A stretch of 58,460 nt of DNA, filler included, from Bipalium vagum (lineage: Eukaryota): NCBI GenBank assembly GCA_037834085.1. It is 3 parts of 3 records of this genome, joined end to end, with 100 filler letters (N's around TTAATTAATTAA, not from the genome) between each part and the next. Parts side by side here need not be neighbours in the genome. Positions count along the whole stretch, not along the records: positions 1 to 22,139 come from JBBMKC010226436.1; positions 22,240 to 40,116 come from JBBMKC010048037.1; 1 more part is not named here. One strand, written 5' to 3'. The first letter of the stretch is position 1, and each line of letters opens with the position of its first letter. A program made the translations under genes and the position numbers. Below the pieces are notes generated by a model. It was not told the DNA's origin. It saw only the letters and a program-made list of their open reading frames with translations, and did no database searches. Shown one piece after another: positions 20,969-34,058 of the stretch.

Positions 20969-22070
20969 AAAATTTATTTAATTTGGTACTCCGGACTTGG
21001 TACTCCTTTGTACATTGAGGAAATTTTAGCTTACGTTTCGAAATCGCCTTAGCTACGACGTCATTCTTATCTCCCCCGGCGAAGAATTCTAAGAATCCAT
21101 AGTCCACACATGGGGAGAAGCTTGACAATCTATCAGATATGAAGTCAGGAGGTCTCTCGATCTCCTCTTCAATAGTTTCGGATAGGTTGCCGTTGGATGG
21201 CTCCGTTGAATCTTTAACGGATTTTCCTGTCCTTTCACTGTCCATCTTTTTGGGCTTCCAGTATTTTGATCATTGACCACTCCCTTGGTTTTGGAAGATC
21301 TTTTCGTCCCTTTTACAGGACTTCCGAATTCACTAAATTTAGCAAACCCATCGATATCGGAGTTATTTATAGTCCCTTTTACAGGACTCCGGGATGTTTT
21401 GTCTCCCTCGATGTTGGAGTGCGATGAAAACCAATCAAAAAGGTATGAGTCCTTTTATTTAAATTATTAAAATAGTCCGTTTGTAACTTAAACTTATAAT
21501 GTCCTTAAAAGTGATTTTTTTCTACTTTATTATTAGTATCTATAGAATGATTGTTGATGTAATTTATAATATCGCTGTTTTTATTCCTATTATCTAAACT
21601 GGAATACTACTATTACTACTACTACTCATAGCTCATTTTTGACTGGTTTTTCGGGTTTGAGCAAAGAAAACCAGTTTATATGATGGGAATACCATTTGGT
21701 CTCGATCTTTGATTCAAACAATATCAGTCGATATTATTTAATTGAGGAAGAGAGGGACGTGGAAAGTTAAGGTTGAAGAAAGGTATCAGGCCAGCTGGAG
21801 CATATGGTGGATAGTTATAATTGGGTATTGTGGGAATTGTATTATGGGTGAAAAGATAATGAAAGATAGGAAGGTGTTGTACCAATGGGGAGTTTAAAAA
21901 GACAGAATTATTATTATAATATTTTAAAGAATTAAGATGAGATTTATAAGTCGGAAGATATTTTTAAAGGTTCTATTGGGTTGTCGGAAAGTTCCTTCCG
22001 ATTTTTAATATATAATTAAAACAGTTTTTATTATAATAGATAGATAGAAAACAAGGCATAATTATATATA

Positions 22071-22139
22071 CACCCCCGTGCAAAAGTCTGAGTACACCTA
22101 TAAAAATCATGAATTTTAAACATTTATTATTATTTTAGT
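22071..22139 (+). mobile_element. Tc1-like terminal inverted repeat truncated by gap
   Basis: TA followed by CACCCCCGTGCAAAAGTCTGAGTACACC, a Tc1-type terminus. Confidence 0.55.
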
Positions 22140-22239
22140 NNNNNNNNNNNNNNNNNNNNNNNNNNNNNNNNNNNNNNNNNNNNTTAATTAATTAANNNNN
22201 NNNNNNNNNNNNNNNNNNNNNNNNNNNNNNNNNNNNNNN
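22140..22239. other. Artificial contig linker (44 N + TTAATTAATTAA + 44 N)
   Basis: Exactly 100 nt with a central six-frame-stop palindrome; identical design at 40117-40216. Confidence 0.97.
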
Positions 22240-23976
22240 ATATATATTCTATAATACATTTTTAAAGGTATCAATGTTTTACAAATATTGGAAAATATTT
22301 GTTTGTAATGGGATAAGGCTTTCAAAAGTGAGATTTCATTGAAAAAGTGATTTATCATTTCATGGGAGTTCCTTAAGCGTGTTCAATGAAAAATAATCTT
22401 TACTTAATTGATTGGATATCTTTGCCTATATATTCCGTGTTCATTAAAACAATTTGACCTAAATTCGAAAAATATATTCGAAAGTTTAAAAATAGAATAT
22501 CTTCTTGCTAGTTAAAAATTATTTTATTCACCTAAAAATCAAGATGGCACCCTGTAAGATACCACTATTTCTGAACTTTATTAATTGATATATTAAATCT
22601 TTTACTTTTTCATGTCTTAACAATTTTATTTATTATTGTAACTTTTTAAAACTTAGAAAACTTCATTTTTTGAATTTGTAAAATACTTTCAATTTTCCAT
22701 ATTTGAAATCCTGGGACAATCTAAAATATTCGATCATTTTTACCTAATAATAAAAAAGAATAATTTTAATTTAAAGTAAAATAAATAATAAACATAGAAA
22801 TAATTTCAAAAAATAATTTCTTTTTGTTTTTTATTTAATAAAAAAATTCTGTTAATAAAACTCAGAACATATTAAATTAAGACGAGAGTTAATTAATCGT
22901 AAAACTTTATGAGTTAGACTGATTATTTTTAATGAGAAAAGGAAATCGACGGAAAATGGAAAATGGTTGTAAAAATATTTGTCATTTTCAAAATAGATTT
23001 GCCACCGCCGATTTGTTTTGACGAGGTACTCACAACGTTCAATAATAACAGCCAAATTAAATTTCATTAACATTAACTAGTTTATTTTATTCAAGAAGTT
23101 AAAAAAAAATAATATAATATAATATAATATAATAAGAAGAATGGAATATTTTGCATCTTGGCATTCTTTATGTTAGTAGTTTGCAAAGTGAATGCTGAAC
23201 CAACTCTGAAAGATTTCAGTTAGATATGGATTGCAATTCTCATTTTGTATTCCATCTGTTAAACATTTAAGAAACTATGTGGAAAAGTAAGAACTTAAAA
23301 ATGGATAGATATTAAATAAATTGAAGAGTGAACTAAGTAATGTTCTGTCAACCCACAAGAAATGAAAGGGTTTGTAAACTAAAGTTGGAATGTGTTGAGT
23401 TATTTTGATTTAGACTTGAACACAGCTTTTTAGTTGTTAAATTTCTAACGTGATTATTCGAGAGAGGATATTTTGGAAGAAATAAATTTATTTTTATTTT
23501 TGTGAACTTTCAAAATCTAATTCTGTTTTAATAAGATTCAGTTTTTTTTTTAATACTATTTGGAAGCAACTCGACTGATAGATGGAATAGTTTTTATCAG
23601 ATTGAGTTATATAATAGCTTAGACAACAGACAAAAATATTATCAAAAGATGGAGACTGATCTTTAAAGAGAAGTCTCCGTGGGAATTGCAACAATATCAC
23701 TAACATCTCAGAAACATGTGACAAATGTGAGACAGAATTAAATGACCTTTGGTTTACCTCAGCAATATTTCTGTTTCAAGGCTGTCACCAATTGTCCCCA
23801 GATAAGTGAATAATGAACCAAAGGTTAATCGAAACAACCCATAGAAGATCTCACCACTGCCTAAACAATGCAATTTGAAATCCATTAGTAATTATAGTTT
23901 TATTCATTTTTATTATTGTAATTCGGAAATATTGATTATACCAGTGTTCATTTTTATTCTTGGATAGTTTTAAATA

Positions 23977-24920
23977 CAGTGGTGGACAAATAATTCTATA
24001 TACTTTAAAAATTCAGTATTTATTATTAAATAAATTTATATACAATCTGTAAATTACAATATTTTTATTAAGTTAAAAGATAATCAAATAAATACGTTAT
24101 TAGTCACTTTATTTGAACAGTTCATTTATCGAAATACAAAGTGCAAAGATCTAATCGGTATTGTGCGCGTGCAAATGTATTTTCTAAAATTCGATGGAGC
24201 TAAAACGTACTTAATCGAGCTACACAAAAAAATCGCAAATTATTTACTGCTGTTTTGAAGCAGAGTTGTAAAATGCTGTCAACGGATGAGAGACAATGGT
24301 CATCCTGAACGTAGTCTAAGAGAATTGTGCAGCAATATAAATCTTCGCGATGAGCGACACATTGGGCGACTGTGCGAAAATGACAGGTTCATAACCACTA
24401 TAGAAATACAAAGTAAAATTCTACTTTATGTTTCTGTCAAGACAGTTTGGCAAAGATTGATATCAAGTTGACGGAAAGTATGAAACGGCTATTCACCACT
24501 GTGCAGAGTACAAGGTGGAACATTGAATTCATAGCGATATCAAGTACTGCCAAAATATTCAGCTGTCTTCTTCACATATTTCACTACCAAGTGAAGGACT
24601 GCTTCAACAAGACAATGCTCCTAGGCATTCGTCCAGAAAAACAAAAGAATTTCTTAAACAAATGGCTTAAATTTTCTTCCATGTCCTAGTACGAACTTAG
24701 ATATGAACCCTAATGAAAATCTATGAGACCTTATTTCTTGCAGTTCAAGAAAAATGATGAAATACCAACTGACGGTGATCAATTATGCGTATTTCTAGGA
24801 GAAATATGAAATGCCAAAATGTACAATGCACAATATAATAGACTTGATTTTTTTAATGACTGATCACATTACCTCCTTTGTTATCTGACTGGTGGTTATA
24901 CTAAATATTATTTGTCTTTT
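23977..24920 (+). mobile_element. Decayed Tc1 transposon
   Basis: TA-CAGTGGTGGACAAA terminus, HTH remnant (RDERHIGRLCENDRFITTIEIQ...VSVKTVWQRL), LQQDNAPRHS and DMNPNENL motifs. Confidence 0.8.
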
Positions 24921-25108
24921 TATTATTAAATAGTGTATGGTACCTGACAATAAGTAAAAGGTCACTAACAATATTACACATTCATGATTTATTTCATTAT
25001 ACTGTTCTTGTTAATATACGCTATACATAATATTTCATAGATTTTGTGTTAATGAAGTTTTATTATCCAATTCATTTTTAGAAATGAAAAATTATCGGTA
25101 ATTATCAG

Positions 25109-25363
25109 ATGAAGTGTGTTTACGCGTCGTATTTATGGCCGAAAACCGAATTCATGAAAGAAAAATTGCAAAGAAATCGAGGAAATGTACAGGCAATTGT
25201 GAAGTACAAGGTGACTGGCTCAGTGAAAGATATCCAGAATGATGTGAGACCTAGAAATACGACCAACCGGAAAGATCGTCTTCTTGCCAAACAAATTAGA
25301 AATGGAAATCTCGTAGAGATATGCAAAAACCTTTTTAATGACTTGTCACTTATCAGGCAGTAG
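25109..25363 (+). mobile_element. Tc1 transposase N-terminal fragment
   Basis: VQAIVKYKVTGSVKD...RPRNTTNRKDRLL matches the Tc1 HTH / GRPR-like pattern. Confidence 0.6.
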
Positions 25364-26399
25364 ATTTATGAGTAAGACATCCTAATATGTATTACTGGAA
25401 ATAAATGTTGTCCATCTTGTTGATATGCTTAACTCTATGTATTACTTTAGCAATTATTAATCAAAAGAAAATAAAGTGACATCACTAAAAATTGAGTATA
25501 TTTGAAAGTTGTTAGAAATGCCAACCTTAAATATCATAGTTATTGCATAAATTCGCGTTCTAAGCGTAGATATGCGGTGATCGTAATTCTTACAGAGGAT
25601 TTCTCAACCTTACTATTAAGCGAAAATGTTTATGCTATTTTGAATACTTCGTGTTCTGAGAGGATATAAAAATTGTAATTAAGAGGTTAAGCTTTGTTAA
25701 ACCAAATAAAACCTTTTATAAACCACAAACTTTTAATTTACCAAGATTTATTTGAATCATATAACACATAACATCTATCATAAGACAGTAAAGTACATTG
25801 AGATTCAAAATTGTTTGGTAATATTTCACTGCTTTCTCAATTCCCCGAGGCCGTACTGTGATCCGCGTAATCGTTATGATTAATGCATAATTATGCGGGA
25901 CCAAGCACATTTTCTTCAAATTGAGTTAAACCGATCTCTACTCTTTTTTCCGGTTGACATCCGCAAGAAGAGAAGTAGAAATAAAAATAAATTCACAATT
26001 CACTTTGATTAAATGGATCAGATGTGTTAAGTATTCAAATTTAAGCTAGAACTACAGTTAGTTTTTTGATGACTTAAGATTTTGTTTTCATTAAAAAAAA
26101 TTAATTTAATAATAATTTATAAAACTAATGTCTGCTTGCTGTATCCTACCTAAATCAAACCAAAATTTTAAATGAAATATGTAAATAATGATATCATTAT
26201 ATTTCATTAATGAAATAAGCAATGAAATAAATAATAAATGAAATACAATGAAATAAAAATAAAACCTTTAATCAAAATAAAATAAATTCACTATAATTAT
26301 TTTATAAATAAAATTATTCACACATGAATCCCCACATTAGAATCCTTCAGTACACAGCATTTCATCAATGTATGGACATTCTTTTTCATGGTACTCAGA

Positions 26400-27560
26400 C
26401 ACTCCTCCCAATCCATCTAGGAGTTCTTTATCCCTCCCTGGTCGTCCTAAATTTCAAGTGGTATTATCAAATTATCTTTATTAAAACAACATGATAGATT
26501 CTTAGCGAATCCGTAAATATTTTTATTCATCTCTATAAACATAATATAAATAAAAATATTAAATAATTAAATAAAGTATTCTACATGTGCACCTTTATCT
26601 TTAATTTTCGAGTATGCCACCGTTGTTGAATAGTTTGAACTGAATAGTTTTAGTCTTCCTGATTTACTTCCACTTCTATTACATTCTCTCTCGAAGAAAT
26701 CTCTTCATCTTCTCTAAGTTTCTTTCAATTTTCGTTTTGCAAAAGATACCTGTCATGAATTTTTAGCACCTTGTACGAACCTTCGAACCTCTTTTGATTC
26801 TTATCCCGTATCTCTGCCTTAACCGACAATTCTTCTCCTTCTTCAAAACTTCATCTTATCATTGCTGTTGGTAACTGTCCTCTCTCCAATTAGTGTTTTG
26901 TACCTTCAAAAGAATTCTTTCTGAATATTTTTTTTCAAAATACCAATTCCGTCGGACTCTTCATGATTGTCTTTTTAAAGTGGCATTTATCGCAAACTCT
27001 ATTTTTGACAAGATTCCTGTTTAATCATTCTTATGTTTTCCATAAGGAAAAGCATTAATAAGATCTCTCAATGTACAGAATTGTCTTTCTATTTAACCAT
27101 TATTGCAGTGATCATACGGACTAGAATAGTACAATATTTAGTTCTTTAGCCATTTCTCTTATAAATTTTGAATCAAAAACTCTTCGTCTATCAAGTTGTA
27201 TTTGATCTGGATATCCAGATCGCACTATCAATTTATTTATTATCGTCTTCCACAACATAATCTCATCTTGTCTGTTTATTGGTGTTAACGAAATGTATTT
27301 GCTAAACTGATCTATTCAACCAAGTATGTCTTTCTTTGACCACCTGTATATATATGATTCTTGAATAGGATTGTAAACAATGAACTCGATAAAAAATTAA
27401 TTTCTTTCTTATTTAGACATATTCTCTTAAATGCTGTGTCATTCTTTGGGTCTTAAGATCAAAGGCAACCAACAATGATTGCCTACATTGTCGTCTGTTA
27501 TCTCGTGGTTTGATTTTGTTGTAAACTTAGATCGTTTTGTATAATTTTCTTCCCTAATAT
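26400..27560 (-). mobile_element. Gypsy-like LTR retrotransposon integrase remnant with PPT
   Basis: Broken minus-strand motifs IDQFSKYIS, GYPDQIQLDRRRVFDS, SPYDH, IERQFCTLRD. Purine tract GGGAGGAG followed by TGT (putative 3' LTR start) at ~26400. Confidence 0.7.
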
Positions 27561-28556
27561 TTTCGAAATAAATTTTCATACAATATGACTTTTCAGCTCA
27601 AGTAAATGAAATTTTTATTAATATTATCTCTTTCAAGTAAATCTGGTCTAGGCTTAGTTGTCTGCTTCAGTTCTATGGATTTTGAATCTATATCCACATC
27701 AAACCTTCTTTTTTAGATAAGTGCTATAAACTTCCAAAACATTATTAATATGTTTTATGTTTTTACCTAACGGAAATAATTTACAATAATTTAGGTTGAG
27801 CGATCGGGTTTCTAAAAACAGATTACATTTTCTAGATTGTAAATGGAGTTTAACCTTAATTCCTTTTGATTTATAGCACAGTGCTCGTTATTCTTCTTCA
27901 TCTTAATTATTCTAAGTTACCATTGATTATCACTTAATTCTGTATTATTAATTATTTTGATAAATTTTAATAATTAGAACGATCTACATGGTCTCTCTAA
28001 AAGGACTAAATTCTAAAATTGGCTGTTATTTTTTCCAGTAATACCAAAGCACTTACTTGAATGAATACGTTTTCAAAGTCACCGATCTTGAGACCATTTA
28101 TAAGTATAACATTAATAAAAATATTAGGATAAAAAATATTTTTTAGCTTATTAATAGCAAAACCTTGATTATCTAAGAGATATTAATCAAAATGGCTTAC
28201 AAATAAATACAGATCTACAAAAGAACAGTGAAACATCCATTAGAAAAAAGACAAAATATTCTTGCGATATGGTATTTGAATCAAAATAATTTACCTTTAT
28301 TATATAGGTGATAAGCATAATTGAATAATCAAGAAACCTTACAATTTTAATAATAATAATAACAATAATACTGTATTTTCTGGACAATAACGCGCGCCTA
28401 ATAGTTAACGCGCCAGCCATTTTAAGAACAATCGTCAACCCCAACAGAAAAAGCTCATCTAACAGATGAACTTTGTATTGTGTAATCATTTTAAAACTAT
28501 AACTACAAAAGCAAAAAACATTACGATACAACAACATAAACATTAAGAAGCAAATA

Positions 28557-29607
28557 CAGTATAACGTGCTTAAACAGAACAAAAATGGAACTACAAAATT
28601 TTATTCTGTTTAAGCGAAAAATTCTGTTTAAACGATTTTATCATTAAAATAAAACATTAATAAAATACGATGTTATAATAATTAAATTTTATTGCAAGTT
28701 AAAATATTCCGTAATTTTTTTCTGGATAAATTTTTTCTTGAAAATTCTATCTCTGATATCATTTTCAACGTTAAGTAAGTTGACATAAATAACTTGTAAT
28801 TTTCTCTAAAATAGTATTCCTTAACTATTTTTAAATCTTCGAAAACATCACTAATTTCAATTTCATTGGTTTTATACAATGGTTCTAATTAAGCAATTTC
28901 GGATGAACCATGAATATTCTCAGTTTCTTCTTCAATCCTCATTACTTCCAAACCATTATCAATAACTAAATAATCCTCTAATATCGTCTTGATTCAAAAA
29001 TTTCGGCTAAAAAATTAGATTCAACTTTAATTTTGTTCTCAATTAAAGCATTTACATCTTTAGAAGTTTCAGGAATGTTTACTTGTTGCGATAAAGTTGA
29101 ATGATGAAAGCAATTATAAATTGTTCCTGAGGATGTTCTTTTTCAATCATCCGATATCATTTAAATTGCATCAAAAGTATTAATATTGTATTCTTGATTT
29201 TTGTCAATACAATTTATTAACTGAACAACCAAACTTTTTTGGTAATTCATTTTAAAAATTTTTATTATTCCTGCATCCATAGGTTTTAACACACTTGTTT
29301 TATTTGATGGCAAGAATACCATTTTTATGTTTTTTAAAATATTATTGATATCCGGATGTGCTGAGAAATTAAAAACAAATTAAATATTATAAATTAATAA
29401 TTAAAAAGTAAACAAAACTAAACAAAGTTGAAACATAAACAAAATCAAAATTATTAGAAGTTAAAAATTAAAAATCTTAAACTAAAATTTGCTTAAACAG
29501 AAAAAAAGTAATATTAAAGATAGGAAGGCAAAAATATAGGACCAAGATTTGTTCTATTTCAGCGAAAAATTCTGTTTAAATAGGTTCTGTTTAAGCAGGT
29601 TATATGG
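28557..29607 (-). mobile_element. Internally deleted pogo/Tigger DNA transposon
   Basis: TA-flanked TIRs (CAGTATAACGTGCTTAAACAGAAC / GTTCTGTTTAAGCAGGTTATATGG) with subterminal TTCTGTTTAA repeats. DDE_1 remnant SAHPD...FLPSNKTSVLKPMDAGII. Confidence 0.85.
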
Positions 29608-29739
29608 TATATATAAAATCATATACTGCTGAATATAAACTGAAATGTGTCAATTAAGCAGAACAAAAATATATTATAAGAAATGCATAAGCGAAAGCAA
29701 GCATTGAGATATTGTAAATGTTTTTGGCTCAATTTAGAA

Positions 29740-30560
29740 AATGATCTTGTTCATTGAATAACAGCCCACAAATGGAACCCAAATATCAACGAAACTGATG
29801 CAATTAAAAGTGAAGGAAATTGCTAAATGATCTCAAAATTGAAAATAATGCATATTTAGTGTTTCAGATTTATGAAAAGGAATAACTTATCAATTCGAAC
29901 ACTCACAAGTACTGGACAAAAGTTACCGATTGACTGGGAAGAAAAATTTTAAAATTTCCTGAAATATCTACATGACAATATGAATGGGGTTCAATCTAAA
30001 CATTTTTTAAAATTGAATAAGGTGCCAGACAGTTTTGGTTTTCCGGCTTCTCGAAAATTTAACCCTAAAGAGTAAAAGATTTCTCACCTATGACAACCCA
30101 GCACAAAAAATTAATTTCACAGTCCTGTTAACTGTAACTTCCGATTGTTCAAAGTTAATCCCAGCAATGATTATTTTGTCAAAAATCCATAATAATGATG
30201 GATTCCTGTCGATCGCATATAACCGATGAAGTAAACAAGTTAAACACCAAGTATTCAAAATTGGCTATTCAAAAGATTTGACTAAAAAGTTATTTTTTTT
30301 ATTTTTGATCTATTGATATTATTGATAGATTGCTTACTTAAACAAGTAAAAGTCAATTGGATTTTATAAAAATATTAGTTTGAGAATATTCCCGATTTAT
30401 TTTACTTCCCTGTATTTTAAATTTTTCAATTCTAGATAAATAATTCAAAGAATTATGCTGAAATCCATACCCAATATATTGGGCATTTTGGACTCTTATC
30501 AAAAGAAATTAAGATCAAATAGAAGTACAAATTATATAAATAACACGAAAATTATATGGG
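29740..30560 (+). mobile_element. pogo-like transposase remnant
   Basis: Broken motifs resembling FMKRNNLSIRTLTSTGQKLP and KINFTVLLTVTSDCSKLIPAMII. Confidence 0.65.
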
Positions 30561-32392
30561 TAACATTAAATATCGAATATATTCTTTAAAATGTTTTGAA
30601 AATGTTATTGAACGCTTAAATAATTAAATATTAATTAATTGATATAAATCGAAAAAAGTTTTGGTTTTTATTAAAATTTTGTATTATATAATTTAAAATA
30701 AAAAAACAGACGCAGTCTTGTGGGGGCTTTTAGCCTCAAAAGTACCTAAAAAATTATCATTTCATGTTATAAATTGACATTAAATTTTTAATATTTAAAT
30801 TTATAATTTCTTGTCATAATTTATTTGAATTTAAGTATAAATCCTAATGATGTTTCAAAGGTGCTCATAAAATACATTTTCAAGTATATTTTAATATAAA
30901 ACCATATATTTATCATCTTAATTATTTATTAATATGATTTTTATAGAATTGTTCATGTGTGTTTTAAAAATCATTTTCTGGGATGATCCACTTTGAGGGA
31001 AGATGTTAATAAAAATTTTAAATAAACAAATGATAAATTTTTAAGAAAATATAATTAAAAAATTATTTCATCATTAGAAGTCAATTCTTACATAGATTCG
31101 GTCGAAATAAAATTCATTAAAATCTTTTTAAGGCGGAAACAAATTTCTTCGAAATTTATATAAAAATTAAAATGAAAAATTGAAATAAAAATTTATTTTT
31201 ATAAGCTTCTAACTAGCAGCAGTTTTTCCAAACAAATTGCGGATAAAACTAAAGTGGTTCATTTCATAATCATATCATCTAACAAATTCATTTGGGCTAT
31301 TAGAAATCTTCATCTTCTAAAAAGTAAACATGGTTATCATATAAAATAGGAACGAAGTTATAATTATGTTTAAATTCATGCATCTTTTTCACTATAAATT
31401 CACAATATTTGAACTCTGATTAAAATTAATGATTTAATATTGCTGGTTTCAATGAGAAATAAATAGTTATTTCTGTCTCATTTGAAAATTTTCCATTTTG
31501 ATGTCAAATTATGGAGAATATGCTTTCAATTATCAGAAAATTTTCCATTATTTTTATTAGAGCTGATAAAATAAACCAAAAATTATTTATTGTACGATTA
31601 TTATATTTTAAATTATAAAGCAAATTTTTATCAATATTTCCTACCTAAAAATTTTTCAGTTATTAAAATTTCAACTTTGAGAAAAATTTTTCAATTATTT
31701 TCCACACATTTTTCTATATTTTTAAGAATTTATCAAAATGAAATAATTTATTTTATCAACTATTTCATTTTACTTTGTTTAAAACAAAAACCTTACTTGA
31801 CAGTTAAAAAGTACTCAGGTCGAAAATAAAGTATTAATACATTTTTAAATTGATAGATTTCTAAAATTATTATTAACAATAAAAAATAGATGATTATTAG
31901 TTATTATATTGTGCAAAATATTAAAGTACAAAAAGTAATAATATGTAAAAAATATAATAAAAATTCACATTTTATAGGTTAAGTGACAAGCATAAATTAA
32001 GAATAGAAAAATTAATGTTGAATGTATATTAAACAAGTCTAAATGAGGATTTGTAGAGGATGTTTGGCATTTACATTTTATTATAGAAATAAAATCCGTG
32101 GTTCTGGTAAAATGAATTATTCAGGTTCAGATATTTTGTTAGGCTTGTGTACAGATTTCAGATAAAAATTATTCATTTAATTTGTACTAACATTCATCTG
32201 GCTTAGACTAATAATGTTGATTTATGAAAGATAAATAAATGATGAAGAATCTTCACATTAACAAATTAAAGTTGGGTGAATAGGTTATCAATTATCAATT
32301 AAGAATATAATATAAATAATAATATGTATTAATAATAATATCACTGAATTTTTTCAAAAAACTTAAGTAAAATATCAAGTATAAAACAAATA

Positions 32393-33263
32393 TCAGATTT
32401 CAATGATATACCTATTCTGTATGACTTTAGACTTAGCATCGATTCGCTCTGATAAAGGTAAAGTTATTCCCATATCAACACCGCTATATTTATCAATCAT
32501 ATTTCTATGAGTTGCCATTCGATTTGTTATGGATGATAGATTTTTCTTCAGGTCACTGAAATAATTTTGATCTGGAAGTTTGTAGTCTAGCATGTCGTCC
32601 AGCTTTCTCTAAAAATATTGAAAAATACTCTTAATGTTTCTATAGAATTTCAACTTCAATCCTCCGCATTTGTGAAGTAACAGAATCAGCCGGAGAATAA
32701 TCACTTATGATTTCATGACGTTTTCGAACATTAGGCTTGGACGGCTAAGGTATTCAATCAGTGATAGCATCTTAGTTCAAATTGATATTTACTTTTGGAG
32801 AAAATAGTTCTTTGGGCTGTTCACTACTACTTCTTTGAAATCCAGGGCGTATTACATCATTTACCTAATAGAAATTTAATATAATTAATTTGGAAATCAC
32901 GTACCTGGCGTTCAGTCGAATATGCTACCCTTTGTCTTCGTTTTTTTGGAGTCAGACTTGGACTTGAAACATTATTCTGACATTAAGAAAAACTTATTAG
33001 AAAAGAAATTAAAACCGATATGTTTACTATTGCTGAATCAAATAAATTCAAAGCTCTTTGATCTGCAGCTTTAGATGCATGAACCAATTGATCATAATCA
33101 TTAGAATAATCGTTAATTATCATCCTTGATCGACTATAGGCATGTGCAACATTTATATCAGATTCTAAATAAAATTCAACGCAGAGGTCACTAAAATTTT
33201 TTTTGTCAATTAACCTTCATTGTTAACATCCAATATTCGAGAGCTATAATCATTTTGAACCAT
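32393..33263 (-). CDS. Hypothetical protein, ~211 aa, 6 exons (33263-33215, 33164-33028, 32976-32905, 32864-32793, 32744-32655, 32608-32393)
   Basis: Five GT-AG introns of 40-51 nt all join in frame: MVQNDYSSRILDVNNEESDINVAHAYSRSRM...SPSLTPKKRRQRVAYSTERQ...QMRRIERKLDDMLDYKLPDQNYF... The 3' end may extend further. Confidence 0.8.
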
Positions 33264-34058
33264 GATTGTCCCAAGAATACAAAATTGTAAGTAGATTAGA
33301 AAGTGTCAATGAATATTTATATATTTATCGGTTTTGATGTCAAAATAGAAGGAAGTAGAGTTTAGCATGCAAGAACAGCACACGTATTTTTTATAATTTC
33401 CCAATCACTGTGCACACAAATTTATTGATTCCCGCAAAGATAGTTCAAGATTTCTACTTCATTTAATGAATGCTTTCAGGTAATCAAAATTCTTTTTTAA
33501 AAAATATTGAAAACTTCCAATGCGAAAAATACTATTATATATTAATCTAAATTATTTTTATTAACTTCTGATTTTTATCATTTAATCTTTATGTTTGTTT
33601 AATCAAAATGTTAATTTTAATTTTGTTAATAATTTGTTTAATCGAATTTTATGATTAATTATCATTAGTAACATTATAAAGCATTTGGTGAACAAAATGT
33701 TCTTTTGATTGATAGGAAAACAGAAAAAATATAGCCTTTTAAAATTAGAATATTTTTAAAAAATTAATTAAGAATTTTATCAAAATAAATTTTAATAAAT
33801 ATTTATTTTTAAAATTTATTGAATTAATCTGATAGAGTTAAGAATAACATTATGAACTAAATAAAAATTTAAAAGTATCACATATTTTATTTGTTTTAAA
33901 ACTTTAAATGTTGCCATATATTTAAAGTATTTTTGAAATTAGGAAATTAATTCAGAAATTATTTTTGAAAAATATTTATGACATTTAAGAATTTAATAAA
34001 ACTTGCTATTTGATCTCAAAATCTGTTTTCATATTTTAGTTGAAAGTTATTAAGCATA

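Noticed and set aside
22184-22195. TTAATTAATTAA palindrome as a biological motif
   Set aside because: Centred in N runs and repeated identically at 40161-40172; an assembly linker.
28187-28582. 131-aa hydrophobic ORF
   Set aside because: Low-complexity AT-rich translation that starts inside a Tigger TIR; no domain.
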